Source: Octopus sinensis (lineage: Eukaryota). Taken from it: DNA of 64,000 nucleotides. Every line of letters begins with the position of its first letter. Positions within the stretch are counted from its first letter, which is position 1. Position numbers and translations under genes: made by a program. The stretch lies in NCBI RefSeq assembly GCF_006345805.1, contig NC_043007.1:31558001-31622000 (forward strand), given 5' to 3'. The notes below the pieces were generated by a model that was given only the letters and a program-made list of their open reading frames with translations, was not told where the DNA came from and ran no database searches. Below are positions 26,440 to 39,180 of this stretch, piece after piece.

Positions 26440-26690
26440 ACTAATCCAGTCTGGTTTTTACATTTCATGTCCTCTCCAGTTTTGCGCAGGCCTGGGCTAG
26501 ATGTAAGAAAATCCTGGGTTGCCCAATCGTCAGGATTCCTCTCTCCACTTTACTGACGTAGTCCGAGGGAGTGCAGAGCATTACGTTATTATCTGCTCCT
26601 GTCATCAATACCGTCATCAGGCATGGCACACTGGTCAGTTGCCCGGGAGCCTCAGGGCCCATTTCTGATCTCTATATGCTGTGGCTTGTT
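26440..26690 (-). mobile_element. Probable RTE-clade LINE 5' fragment (5' UTR plus start of APE endonuclease)
   Basis: GC-richer island whose minus reading gives KLERT*NVKTRLD, resembling the T-W-N-V-R-T-L motif at the start of LINE APE domains with TGG>TGA. Confidence 0.4.
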
Positions 26691-27318
26691 GTTAATAAAT
26701 AAATAAATACTTTAGGACCCGTGTACATTGATTTGCTCAGTTCTGCCTGCTTGCCATATCTCTATTTCGTAGCAGCACACATTCTCTTGTGGCATTTTCC
26801 TCCTAAACATTGTTTAATAAACCGCCTTTGCCAAACTGTCCAATATTTCTGGTTGATGATGAGCAGACCACCAAGCTAGTCTCGTGATGCCAATTTGAGA
26901 TACCGGCTCAAAGCCTGTCATTAACATTCATTCGTACATCATTTCAAGGTTGAAAACATACATATATAGCTCCAAAACAATTCTTCGTACTTCTCTCTCG
27001 CTCTCTCTCTCACCATATATATATATATATATATATATATCTTATCTCTGTCTAGATCCCACATTTCGACTAAATGACTATCATTTCTCCCTGTTTGTTT
27101 TCATATCGAAAACTTAATTTTCATCTTAGGCAAGATTGTGGATGTGTGTTATTTTTTTTTCTTTTTTGGTTATTTGGTTTATATTTTTGATATACGATAC
27201 GTAAAAGCAATAAACACTACGGCAAACATACGCACGTACACACACACACACAAGTGCATAGATTCTTCAATCAAAAGGCACATACACACAAATACACATG
27301 TCCACCAGTGTGACCACT

Positions 27319-27350
<32 letters not shown>

Positions 27351-27527
27351 CAACAACACCACCACCAACACCACCACCAACAACACCACCACCAACACCA
27401 CCACCACCACCACCTCCGTCGACGTCATGATTCTACAAAGAGTCGGATTGGAGGTCAGATGCTCCCAAGGTTAAACCATGCCATTCCCAAACTGCTAATT
27501 CCTACATTTATTATTCTTTTCCAAGTG

Positions 27528-27790
27528 AAGGCGCGTGGTCTGGTGGTTAAAGTGTTGCGCTTACGTTCATAAGATCGTGGTTTCGATTCCCGAACCGGGG
27601 CAGGGATTTGCTTTCTGGTGCAAAACACTTCATTTCGCGTAGCTTCGTTCCACCCAGTCGTAAATTGGTTCCAACAATAATGGGAAGCTGACCCCGCGGC
27701 CGTCCGGCGTCCCGTTTAGTAGGGCGAATGTTGTAACTTCAGTCGTTTATGCGCCATGGTAAACTGAGTTAAGCACCGGCCTTAAGAATT
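27528..27790 (+). mobile_element. SINE family C, diverged
   Basis: gaaggcgcgtggtctggtggttaaag...ggtttcgattccc. Confidence 0.75.
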
Positions 27791-28220
27791 CTAGGGGTCC
27801 TCACAGATTTTTTAGATGACTTTTATACAGATTTCCAACAATTTCCAACACATTTTTTATACCATGACTTACTTTTGTCCACAGTGTTTGGAGTTGTATG
27901 CGTGTGATAAGGACAGCACAATTGTCTTGTCTTTTTTTTTTTGGTGGGGGGGGACCTGTGGGGTTTTTTTTTTTTTTACTTTGGACCCCTCTGATACTCA
28001 TTTTTACTCAGGTGGACTCACATAGCCATTCGATGTTTTAAAAATCCCATTATAGTTTTAAAATTAAATATTAAGAAGAACAGAAGTGGTGGGGGAGGAA
28101 AATGTTTAATATTATTCAAGGCGGTGCCCCAGCATGACCGCAGTCTAATAGCTGAAACAAGTAAAAGATGAGTCGTTATTAGGAATTGTGTTAAGAAATT
28201 GTTAAAATATTTTGTGTATA

Positions 28221-28632
28221 GGCGTAGGAGTGGCTGTGTGGTAAGTAGCTTGCTTACCAACCACATGGTTCCGGGTTCAGTCCCACTGCGTAGCATCTTG
28301 GGCAAGTGTCTTCCACTATAGCCTCGAGCCGACCAGAGCCTTGTGAGTGGATTTGGTAAACGGAAACTGAAAGAAGCCTGTCGTATATATATATGTATAT
28401 GTATGTATGCATGTATGCATATATGTGTGTATATGTTTGTGTGTTTGTCCCCACATCATCGCTTGACAACCGATGCTGGTGTGTTTACGTCCCCGTAACT
28501 TAGCGTTTCGACAAAAAGGACCGATAGAATAAGTACTAGGCTTTAAAAAAATAAGTCCTGGGGTCGATTTGCTCGACTAAAGGTGGTGCTCCAGCATGGC
28601 CACAGTCAAATGACTGAAAAAAGTAAAGAGAG
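28221..28632 (+). mobile_element. SINE family A (tRNA-derived head, CORE-like centre, internal microsatellite), full length
   Basis: Head ggcgtaggagtggctgtgtggtaag (A box) ...ggttcagtccc (B box), then gcatcttgggcaagtgtc, internal (TA/TG)n, tail ...cagtcaaatgactgaa. More than 20 homologous copies in the window. Confidence 0.9.
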
Positions 28633-29469
28633 TATAGTAGAAGTATAACCAGTTTTGAGTAGAAATTCTTATATGGACCCCTAAAAAGGACCTCCAAGCG
28701 TCATATGCTTGGTTAAAAAATCAGTGGGCTCGACGAATGTCGACCATGTTAGTAGTTGTATGTCTCGCCATTTGATGCTTCGGGTTGTTTCCCGGTTTTT
28801 GTCGAAGAATATTATTCAGCTTTGCGACCTTCCTTCTGTACGAAGCAGGTATTTTTGGCTGTATAGAGTAGGCCGATCGAAGCGATAATTTTGTTGCACC
28901 TCGTGTCTGTTTTAATTCCCAGACTCTTTGCTATACATAGTTCTAACTCTTGCCAAAAAATCATCGCATCGCTAAGCTCATTACATTCTTAAACTTCTTT
29001 GTTCGAAAAAAAAAAAGAAAAAAATACGAGGGCGACGACGATTTCGCTGTTGTGGTAAATAAAAATTTGCTAGTACTTATTCTATCGGCATCTTTTGCCG
29101 AACCGCTAAGTTACGGGGGACGTAAACACACCAGAATCGGTTGTCAAGTGATATTGTGGGGACAAACACAGACACAAACATACACACACATACACATATA
29201 TATATACACACACACACACATATATATACACATACACGCACACGTACACACACACACACATACACATACATACACATATACACACACATATACACACATA
29301 CACACACACACATATAGGCGTTGTGTTCTTGAGCAAAACACACCTGACGTCTGGTACACCGTGCACCTTGTATGGGTAACATCGAACTGATGGAGGGAAT
29401 GAGCGAATGCACAGCACATGCATTTGGTCACTGGTGACTCAGCAAGATATTGCAGAACCCAAATCTGTC

Positions 29470-29650
29470 GTCTACGACTGGTACATGAAACGAGGTACCC
29501 CTTAACATACCCGTGTACCCCATCATGACTATAATCACCAGTCTCCCAACTTCGGCCCCTCCACCGATACTCTGGAGTTCGGCAAAGGTTTTGAGTAGGG
29601 CATACACTAACGCACCCACAATCAGACATACACATCCCAACACAGCGGAC
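29470..29650 (-). mobile_element. Degenerate REL-type (Dong-like) ORF C-terminus remnant
   Basis: Translation LIVGALVYALLKTFAELQSIGGGAEVGRLVIIVMMGYTGMLRG aligns by eye with the Dong C-terminal pattern (V/I)VGALG...LQKxVLMGTAHILR. Confidence 0.4.
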
Positions 29651-29780
29651 ACCTACCCAACGGACTTTTTTTCCCACACCCACCCCCAATATAAACTCCC
29701 ATACCTATTGTACCCCTACACACATTGCCATGCAGACATAAAGACCCCATGAGTTTAAGCAATACATAAAAGAAAGAAAG

Positions 29781-30030
29781 TGGAGGCGTGTGGCTTAGTG
29801 GTTAGGGTGGTCAGCATCATGATCGTAAGATTGTGCTCTCGATTCCTGGACCGGGCGACGCGTTGTGTTCTTGACCAAAACACTTCATTTCACTTTGCTC
29901 CAGTCCACTCAGCTGGCAAAAATGAGCAACGCTGCGACGGACCGGCGTCCCGTCCAGTTGGGGAATACATGTGCCATAGAAATCGGGAAAATGGGCCCCT
30001 GAGCATGGCTAGGCTTTAAAAGGGCGCATT
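29781..30030 (+). mobile_element. SINE family C, short-tail subfamily
   Basis: ggaggcgtgtggcttagtggttaggg...gttgtgttcttgaccaaaacac...cagctggcaaaaatgagc. Confidence 0.85.
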
Positions 30031-30287
30031 TATTTTTTTAAAAGAAAGAAAACCACTAACGAACACAGATGTGTATTCTCACCCCGTCCCCTGCAAAGGT
30101 TATACATGTAGTACCACAACGCGTATGAATTTGTGTGTGTGTGCGTGTGTACGTATCGTTTATGAAACAGTATGATGAGGAACTTGTACTTTATTCTATT
30201 AATCCTCCTATGCCACAGGTAGACTAATTACCTGAAAAACGAAATATTCATCACCCACTGATATTTCAAGGGCATGCAACTATATTT

Positions 30288-30342
<55 letters not shown>

Positions 30343-30689
30343 CGCACACACGCACACACACACACACCACACAATCATACAGATGTATTATGTACGTATG
30401 TAATATACAAACAGATCCATATCTGATACGTGTCAAATCAACTGAAATCTCGAAACGGGACACTTAAAAAGATAAAAATATACAAATAAATGAATAATAT
30501 TTCAGAAAATGTATATATAAAAAAAATAACTACGAAGATTGTGAGTGTCTTTGACGAGATGACTAGTTAGCGCGCTGTCCTCTTTAGATACTCATTTCAT
30601 ACAGGTACACACCAACGCTCACCATAAACGCATGATGTGATGGTTCTCCGTCGTTTGGCGATGAGGACTCAGTTGTTCGATCAACTGAA

Positions 30690-31020
30690 ATATCTTACTC
30701 CTTACTGACTTTCTGTCGGTTACGACGACGAGGGTTCCGGTTGATTCGATCTACAGAACAGCCCCTGCTCGAGAAATAAACGTGCAAGTGGCTAAGTACT
30801 CCGCAGTCAACGTAGTTCTTAAGAAGATTCAGCGTGACACAGAATGTGACAAGGCTGATCCCATTGAATTACAAGTACACTTCATTTTTGCCAGCTGAGT
30901 GGACTGGAACAACGTGAAATAAAGTGTCTTGCTCAAGGACACAACGCACTACCAGGAATCAAACACACGACGTTACGATCGTGAGCCACTACTTTAACCA
31001 CTAAGCCACGCGTCTTCACA
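30690..31020 (-). mobile_element. SINE family C, long tail
   Basis: Reverse-complement match to 17632-17960. Confidence 0.85.
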
Positions 31021-31039
31021 CCTCCTTAATTATTCTTTT

Positions 31040-31240
31040 CTACTCTAGGTACAAGGCCCTTAATTTTTTTGGTGGGGTGAGGGGCAGTCGATTATGCAAC
31101 TGGTTCTTAATTTATCGACCCCAAAAAGATGAAGGGTAAAGTTGACCTCGGCGGAATTCGAACTCACAACGTAACGCGGACGGAATACCGCTAAGCATTT
31201 CGCCCGGCCTGCTAACGATTCTGCCAGCTCACTGCCTTCT
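31040..31240 (-). mobile_element. SINE family B
   Basis: Reverse-complement match; inverted partner of 31497-31730. Confidence 0.85.
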
Positions 31241-31496
31241 TCTTAATTATCGTCTAAGCTGCTAAGCATTCCACAGACACGTGTGTCCACGTAATTCTTA
31301 GCTAGAATCAGCATGACACAGTAAATGACAAGGCTGTACTTTTTAAGTTACAAGTGTAATCCACCCGATGGGATTCTGCCCAGTCTCCGTTTACCCAGAA
31401 GGTGCCATGTCGCAAGATTGAACCCTGAACTTCATGGTTGTGGAGCGAACTTGGTAACCATTCGGCCATACTGCACCTACTATGTGGTATAATATT

Positions 31497-31730
31497 GGCG
31501 GCGAGTTGGCTGAAGCGTTAGCACGCTGAGGGAAATGCTTAACGGTATTTCGTCTGCGTTACGTTGTGAGTTCAAATTCCGCCGAGGTCGACTTTGCCTT
31601 TCATCCTTTCGGGGTCGATAAATTAAGTACCAGTTACGCACTGGGGTCGATGTAATCGACTTAATACCTATGTCTGTCCTTGTTTGTCCCCTATGTGTTT
31701 AGCCCCTTGTGGGTAATAAAGAAATAGGTA
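31497..31730 (+). mobile_element. SINE family B, full length
   Basis: ggcggcgagttggctgaagcgttagc...gggtaataaagaaataggta. Confidence 0.9.
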
Positions 31731-32345
31731 TAATATTGAGTTGTCAGATAAATTCGTTCGTTCTTTACCGACTTGGCGTTCCATCGTCATATGTCTGAAA
31801 AAGAGATAAATTTATACAAATTTCAAAAACGATCAATTTAAAAAGTTGTAGAAGGAAAAAAATAGACCTAAATATAGAAAAGAAAACTCATAAAACATTT
31901 GGTAAAAATATTTTTCGTGTTAAATCAAATAAGACTGGAAAAAGATTAAAATTCAAAAAAAGAAATTGGGGTCAGTGACCGAAGTTATCCGACAAACCAC
32001 TCTGACTCGCATAGATTCTATCTAATCCCTCTTAACTCATCTTAATCGATGTTTAATTCACAGAAAGGAATATAAGAGAAACAATATGTCGGAGTGTCTG
32101 GATGGGTCTTGATTAGTTGATGTAATGTTTAGGTTGTCCCGTGTTAAAACCAACACCAAATTGTGTTTACACATTTATCGATAAATGCGTACATCACAAT
32201 ATTTACATCCTTCTACAAATCCTTTCCGGGGTTGTATTGCGATCTGTCTGTAGTAAATGGAGTTCATAGTCGAATTAATAATAGGTGAAAATGGCTTCGT
32301 GTGGGCAGCGGGAAAATACTCTGTTCTCCAGAGTCGACGACTCCT

Positions 32346-32667
32346 TTTGCCTAGAGTCGAACAGCAATCGAGGAACCTGTCTTCCTAAGGACTTCTCCAT
32401 CTCTTTCTCTCTCTCTGGTATATTTGCCTAGAGTCGAGCAGCAACCAAGGAGTCTGTCTTCTTAAGGACTTGTCCATCTCTCTCTCTCTCTCTCTCTCTC
32501 TCCCTCTGGTATGTTTGCCAAGAGTCGAGCAGCAACCAAGGAATCTGTCTTCTTAAGGACTTGTCCATCTCTCTCTCTCTTTCTTTCTTTCTCTCTCTCT
32601 CTCTCTCTCTGGTATGTTTGCCAAGAGTCGAGCAGCAACCAAGGAATCTGTCTTCTTAAGGACTTGT

Positions 32668-32713
<46 letters not shown>

Positions 32714-32922
32714 CTCTCTCTCTCTCTGGTATGTTTGCCAGAGTCGAGCAGCCCCCAAGGAATCTGTCTCCTTAAAACCCAGGGTTCAAAAATCTGTCCT
32801 TCTTAGGACTTGTCTCTCTCCTCTCTCTCTCTCTTTCTTTCTTTCTCTCTCTCTCTCTCTGGTATGTTTGCCAAGAGTCGAGCAGCAACCAAGGAATCTG
32901 TCTTCTTAAGGACTTGTTCATC

Positions 32923-32953
<31 letters not shown>

Positions 32954-33015
32954 CTCTCTCTCTCTGGTATGTTTGCCTAGAGTCGAGCAGCAACTAAGGA
33001 ATCTGTCTTTTTGAG
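32346..33015. repeat. Minisatellite: 7 copies of a ~63-bp core separated by (CT)n/(CTTT)n spacers
   Basis: Core ctggtatgtttgccaagagtcgagcagcaaccaaggaatctgtcttcttaaggacttgtccat; first and last copies most diverged. Confidence 0.95.
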
Positions 33016-33711
33016 GACTTTGTTGTCCATGTCCGCTTCTCTATTTGCCATGTTTGCCCGCGCTTCTGCTTCTACAAACCTTATTTATGCCGAAAAATCT
33101 GGAACTATCGATAACACGGGGTGATATTGCTGCAAAATGTTTGGTTAGTATTCAGAGCAAGTTGCCTTCTCCAGATCCTGCTTACTAAACCTACACAGTT
33201 TCGAATCTAGGCCTCGCTACAAATAAATAAATATCAGCCTCGTACTCTGTATTAAAGAAAATGTTATAAGGTTTTGTTCTTTTGGTGGTGGTGGTGGTAG
33301 TGGGGACAGTTTCTTCTATATTTATCATTTGCTTTTCGAGAGTAAAAGGTACTTAATATTGCTTTCAGCCAGTTTAAATAATGTATTTTTTATTTATTAA
33401 TTACTTCCATACATTCAGAGACCTGCAGAGCTGATATCTAATACGGCTAGACAGAAAGAAAGAGAAAAAAAATACTTATTTACGAAGCAAATCTAATCTG
33501 CGACTCTTACAAGCTCACATAAATTATTTTTCACTGGAAGTAATCAGACTTAAAGTTCTTTCAACAAGTCAGGTTTTAGATCAATTTAACCGGAGAGTGC
33601 TGAAATGTGTCACCGTCAATGTCGTACGGTGACCTTCGTTCGAATATCTGACAGCCAGAGGACATGTTGACAATATGTGTAAATGATATGCTGTACTCAA
33701 ATCTCTCGCTT

Positions 33712-33760
<49 letters not shown>

Positions 33761-33789
33761 TATATTATATATATATTATATTATATATA

Positions 33790-34142
33790 CTCTTTTACTT
33801 GTTTCAGTCATTTGACTGCGGTCATGCTGGAGCACCGCCTTTAATCGAGCAACTCGAACCGGGGACTTATTCTTTTGTAAGCCCAGTACTTATTCTATCG
33901 GTCTCTTTTGCCGAACCGCTAAGTGGCGGGGACATAAACACAGACACACATACACGCACACATATACATATATGTACATATATACGACGGGCTTCTTTCA
34001 GTTTCCGTCTACCAAATCCACTCACAGGGCTTTGGTTGGCCTGAGGCTATAGTAGAAGACACTTGCCCAAGGTGCCACGCAGTGGGACTGAACCCGGAAC
34101 TATGTGGTTGGTAAACAAGCTACTTACCACACAGCCACTCCT
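33790..34142 (-). mobile_element. SINE family A, near full length
   Basis: Reverse-complement match to family A. Confidence 0.9.
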
Positions 34143-34454
34143 ATATGTTGTCTGCCAGGCAAAGTGTGCCGTGTTGGCTAATATATTCTTTCTGAAACAG
34201 ACATGGAGTACAGATAGATAGATCGATCGATCGATAGATAGATAGATTTTAAGGTCTGGGAAAGTCGATTAGATCGATTCCAGTGCTCAACTGGTCCTAT
34301 ATTATCCAAGATGTCCGCTCCTTTTTCTACGATTATTAAGATGTCACCCGAAGGAGACTTGGCTGCCATCTCTAACTGTTAGACTACCACTAGACCACCG
34401 CATAGAGTAGTGATCCTCGGCAGTTTGTTACTCTGCTCACTCCTTCGCCAGTGC

Positions 34455-34812
34455 ATAACTGGTACTTAATTTATCGACCCCGACTGGATTAAAGGCAAAG
34501 TCGACCTCGGCGGAATTCGAACTCAGAACGTAACGGCAGACGAAATACTACTAAGCATTTCGCCCGGCGTGCTAACGTTTCTGCCAGCTCGCCGCCTTGA
34601 TTATAATATTTTCTGCTAAAGGTATGAGGCCTGGAATTTGGTAGGAGGGGGTCTAGTCGATTAACGTCGACCCCAGTGTTTCACTGGTATTTAATTTATC
34701 GATCCCGAAAGGATGAAAAACAAAATTGACCTCGGCGGAGTTTGAACTCAGAACGTAAGAAATGCTGCTAAGCATTTTGCCTGGTATGCTAACGATTCTG
34801 CTAGCACGCAGC
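34455..34812 (-). mobile_element. Two adjacent SINE family B copies (34455-34598, 34612-34812)
   Basis: Both are reverse-complement matches to family B. Confidence 0.85.
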
Positions 34813-34890
34813 ATTAAATAATAATAATAATGATAATGATAATAATAATAATATAATAATAATAATAATGATAAAATAATAATAATAAAT

Positions 34891-35025
34891 CACCATGTCG
34901 CGCACATATGGTTGTGATGCATGTGCCTAGTGTACCCTTATTAGACGGGTAGTCATGATGGGTATACTGGGCTTCGTATATTTTACCCCAGTGTCACTTT
35001 GATAGCATGCACTACTCTCTCACTC
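34891..35025 (+). mobile_element. Short insert within a (TAA)n tract, probably the 3' end of a Dong-like element
   Basis: 135-bp non-repetitive block flanked on both sides by (AAT)n. Dong elements are known to target (TAA)n. Shares AGTCATGATGGGTA(T/C)AC with the 29470-29650 remnant. Confidence 0.5.
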
Positions 35026-35784
35026 AATAATAATAATAATAATAATAATTATTATTATAATTATTATTATTATTATTATTATAGTCTGCTGGCTGTGGAC
35101 AGGTGACACTTTCCATCATATCCAATAAAATAAGCAGCGTTTTAATCAAATAACGAATATGATACTTTCTACTACAAACGCAAACCCTGGATTTTGTTAG
35201 GGGCGGGGTAGTGGATTACAGCGACCCCCGATATTTGACTGATCCTTATTCCTGAAAGGATTAAAGGCAATGTCGACATCATCGACGGAATTTGAACTCA
35301 GAACGTAAACAACCAGAAGAAATGCCGTAATAACAACAACTGTTGTAAAAAAAATGGTCAATATTTTCGATTATAAACACGAGTTTAATTAAATTAGACA
35401 CTTCATAGACACGAATCTCAGATACAAAAAATACGCGCACAATTTTTTCTGTTTTCGATTCGTGTTTATAAAGTGACTAATTTAAATTAAATTAAAGTGT
35501 GTGTGTGTGTGTTTTAACTAGCTTTATTTTCGTACAAACGGATGCTTTGTAACACCAAGCTACAGGTTACTGCTTACATTCAGATTAATTCGCGAGTGTA
35601 CGACCGACTCACATAAAACGTAATCAGCACTTAATCGTTTGATAATCCTTCCCAAATCGCCTTAAAAATCGATCTGAATCAAATCTCAAGCCAGAAGAAA
35701 CTTCTTGGTGGTCGCTCAGCCGAGCAGAAATAACAGCTAAATCTTGCCCAAATTATTCTGTCATATCTTTATCTTTATCGTTTG

Positions 35785-36190
35785 ACGTCTTTTACTTGTT
35801 TCAGTCAACGGCCATGCTGGGGCACCGCTTCGAAGGGTTTTCAGTGGAGGAAATTGACCCCAATGCTTTTTTTTCTTTCTTTTCTTTTTCATAAAGTCTG
35901 GTATTTATTCTCTCGGACTCTTTTGCCGAACTGCTACGTTACGGGACGTAAACAAACCCAACACCGGTTATCAAGTAGTGGAAGGACAGACACACACACA
36001 CACACACACAAGTGTGTGTGTATGTGCATGGACGACGAGCTTCCATACAGTTTCCGTATGCCGAATCCACTTACAAGGTATTGGTCGGCCTGGGACTATA
36101 GTAGCAGGCGCTTGCCCAAGATGCCATGCGATGGGACTGAACCCAAAACCAAGGGGTTAAGAAGCGAACTTCTCAACGGAGCCTGAGCCT
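35785..36190 (-). mobile_element. SINE family A, diverged
   Basis: Reverse-complement match to family A. Confidence 0.8.
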
Positions 36191-36427
36191 ATGAACAGAA
36201 AAAATAAAAGGGCTGTTGGATTATGCAGTTTTAGATATGAGACAACTGAAATAAAAGAAGGGCTGTCCATAGTCAAAATGCCATTGATCAGAGATCTGCT
36301 CCAGCTGGGCTGATCTGGGATTGGGAAATAACTAAAATCTCTGACAAACAACTGACAGAGACTCCTTTACTTCGTTATGTGTGTATGTATGTATGTATGT
36401 ATGTATGTATGTATGTATCTTATTTCT

Positions 36428-36652
36428 TTTACTACCCACAAGGGGCTAAACACAGAGGGGACGAACAAGGATAGACAAACGGATTAAGTCGATTATATCG
36501 ACCCCAGTGCGTAACTGGTACTTAATTTATCGACTCCGAAAGGATGAAAGGCAAAGTCGACCTCGGTGGAATTTGAACTCAGAACGTAGCCGCAGACGAA
36601 ATACCACTAAGCATTTCGCCCGGCCTGCTAACGTTTCTGCCAGCTCGCCACC
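36428..36652 (-). mobile_element. SINE family B, full length
   Basis: Reverse-complement match to 31497-31730. Confidence 0.9.
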
Positions 36653-36686
36653 TTCAAATGAGGGTAATGTTTCTCTCTGTCTCACT

Positions 36687-36730
<44 letters not shown>

Positions 36731-37539
36731 TCTCTCTCTCTCTCAGAGCGTAATAATACTTTCCACTTCAAGCACAAGGCCCGAAATTTTCGGTGTAACG
36801 GCATTTAGTTTCTTCCTGGACTTGCAAGCAGGAATCGAACCCGAATTACAGGCTGACTACACCAACTTTATAAACAAAATCATACTAAATTAATAACCAC
36901 CACCACCATTCCTTTTTCTTTTTTTTCTTCATCTCAGAACATACACGACAACATTCCTTACAGTCAGCAACATGAAACGCAGAGTAAGGGGCGCCGAATA
37001 TTTAAAAAATTAGTTCTTCTTGTAATGGAATGTCTGTTTTATTATACTATTTCTCTATTTTTTTTTTAATATCTTCATTTCTTCCCTTTCTTTTTGTGAA
37101 TTCCAGTCAGTTAAAACGCTCAACTCCACCCGAAAACTGTTTACTTAATACGCTGGAATTTACATATTTTATTCTTAATTTCAATATTATAAACCGAGAA
37201 CAAGATTGTTTATTTGATTAACTTTTCATTATGGTTTTCTTCTATTTATTTTCTTTCTGGTTCTTTCTGTTCAAATTCTTTAATCCCACTTCCCCGCAGA
37301 GCAAGATTTCTTCTTTTTTTTTATCTTCTGTTCTTCATGATTCTAAGCGACCACATATTCTTACAGGTTTGCACTCACTTGCTAGAATACCCTCGAAGTA
37401 CACCCAGATATCCACAAGCATACACAACACACACGCACGCGTATGAGTGTGTGTGTATGTACGTACGTATGCATGTTCATATATACGTACGTACGTACGT
37501 ACGTACGTATGTATGTATGTATGTATGTATGTATGTATG

Positions 37540-37897
37540 GCTATGTGGTAAGTAGCATTCCGGGTTCAGTCCCACTGCATGGCACCTTGGGCAAGTGTCT
37601 TCTACTATAGCCTCAGGCTGAACAAAGCCTTGTGAGTGGATTTGGTAGACGGAAACTGAAAAGAAGCCCGTCGTATATATGTACATATATCTATGTGTGT
37701 GTATGTCTGTGTTTGTCCCCCCAACATCGCTTGACAACCGATGGTGGTGTGTTTACGTCCCCGTAACTTAGCGGTTCGGCAAAAGAGACCGATAGAATAA
37801 GTACTAGGCTTACAAAGAATAAGTCCTGGGGTCAATTTGGTCGACTAAAGGCGGTGCTCCAGCATGGCCGCAGTCAAATGCCTGAAACAAGTAAAAG
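37540..37897 (+). mobile_element. SINE family A
   Basis: tggctatgtggtaagtagc...gggttcagtcccactg...cagtcaaatgcctgaaacaag. Confidence 0.9.
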
Positions 37898-38172
37898 AGT
37901 ATGTATGTATGTATTTATGTATGTATGTATATAAGAAAATATAAATATGCCTACGTGAATTGTTGTTTGTACGCCACCTTACTCCTGATGAGCACTGACG
38001 AAGAAAATTTATGACCAAAGGCATTCCAACCATGGCCATTTCATTTATTTCTTATGTGCAAGGAATCGAAGGCCACATTACTGACGATCAAGTGGGATGT
38101 GGAAGAATTTGGCTACTATCTTTTGCAGGTCGAGTATGGCTCGTGCCTGTGTGTGGAGTGAGAGAGAGTGAA

Positions 38173-38174
<2 letters not shown>

Positions 38175-38258
<84 letters not shown>
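38175..38258. repeat. (TG)n microsatellite
   Basis: Directly visible. Confidence 0.95.
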
Positions 38259-38259
<1 letters not shown>

Positions 38260-38854
38260 CAGTGTGAGAGAGAGAGGTGGGGTAAATAATATTTTAAGAA
38301 ATTATACTGACTGATGTGAGAAGCGGTTTGTTCTGGTAGCTGAAATTTAAAAGAAATAATTAATTAAAACAAATGTTGCTTTTCTGACACATTTCTTTCC
38401 TTGTAAACAATTTTTAATTTTCTAATTTCAACATTTTTGTGGCTGGCTTTCAAATTAAGTTTCCTGCGTGAAATGCCTCCTTAAGATTTCTTACTCTCGA
38501 TGAGAGACAAGAGTTTATGACTTCATCTTCTTATGCAAAATATTCGAAATGCTTTAAAGAAATAAGCAGGGGGGAAAAAGAAGCCTTCGATTTGGGGGCA
38601 GATATAGAAAGAACCACTCCAGTAACATAGCTAGAATGTGTGCCGCTTGGGGGCAGTCTTTGTGACTTCCGTCTCCGTTCCCGGAGTCCCACAATTTCAA
38701 GAGTAAAAGACGATTGGTTGATAAGATCTGGCCAAGCGCAACTGAAACAGTAGAAACCCTCTCACATAAAAAAATAATCCCTAACTAGGCATAAAATTCG
38801 TCTGCAGCGGTGTTAGGGATTAAAAGGGACACACACTGGGTCCTCTTACCCTTT

Positions 38855-38984
38855 TGCTTGTTTCAGTCATTTGACTGTGGCCATGCTGGAGCACCGCCTT
38901 TAGTCGAGCAAATCTCTTTTGCCGAACTGCTAAGTCAAGCGATGTTGGGAGACAAACACAGACACACACGTACACACACATGCA

Positions 38985-39060
<76 letters not shown>

Positions 39061-39180
39061 ATATATATACGACGGGCTTCCTTCAGTTTCCATCTACGAA
39101 ATCCACTCACAAGGCGTTGGTCGACCCGAGGCTATAGTAGAAGACACTTGCCCAAAGTGCCACGCATTGGGATTGAACCC
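38855..39180 (-). mobile_element. SINE family A, internally deleted, fused at its B box to the R4/Dong fragment
   Basis: Family A sequence stops at gggattgaaccc and runs directly into the R4 ORF sequence. Confidence 0.85.

Noticed and set aside
32346-33015. CRISPR-like repeat/spacer appearance
   Set aside because: Eukaryotic context, no cas genes, and the spacers are related CT microsatellites.
38590-38745. Minus-strand segment after a strong acceptor (tactgtttcAG), open in phase 2
   Set aside because: No credible donor keeps the frame to the 5648 exon (the best one creates TGA), and the peptide is not protein-like.
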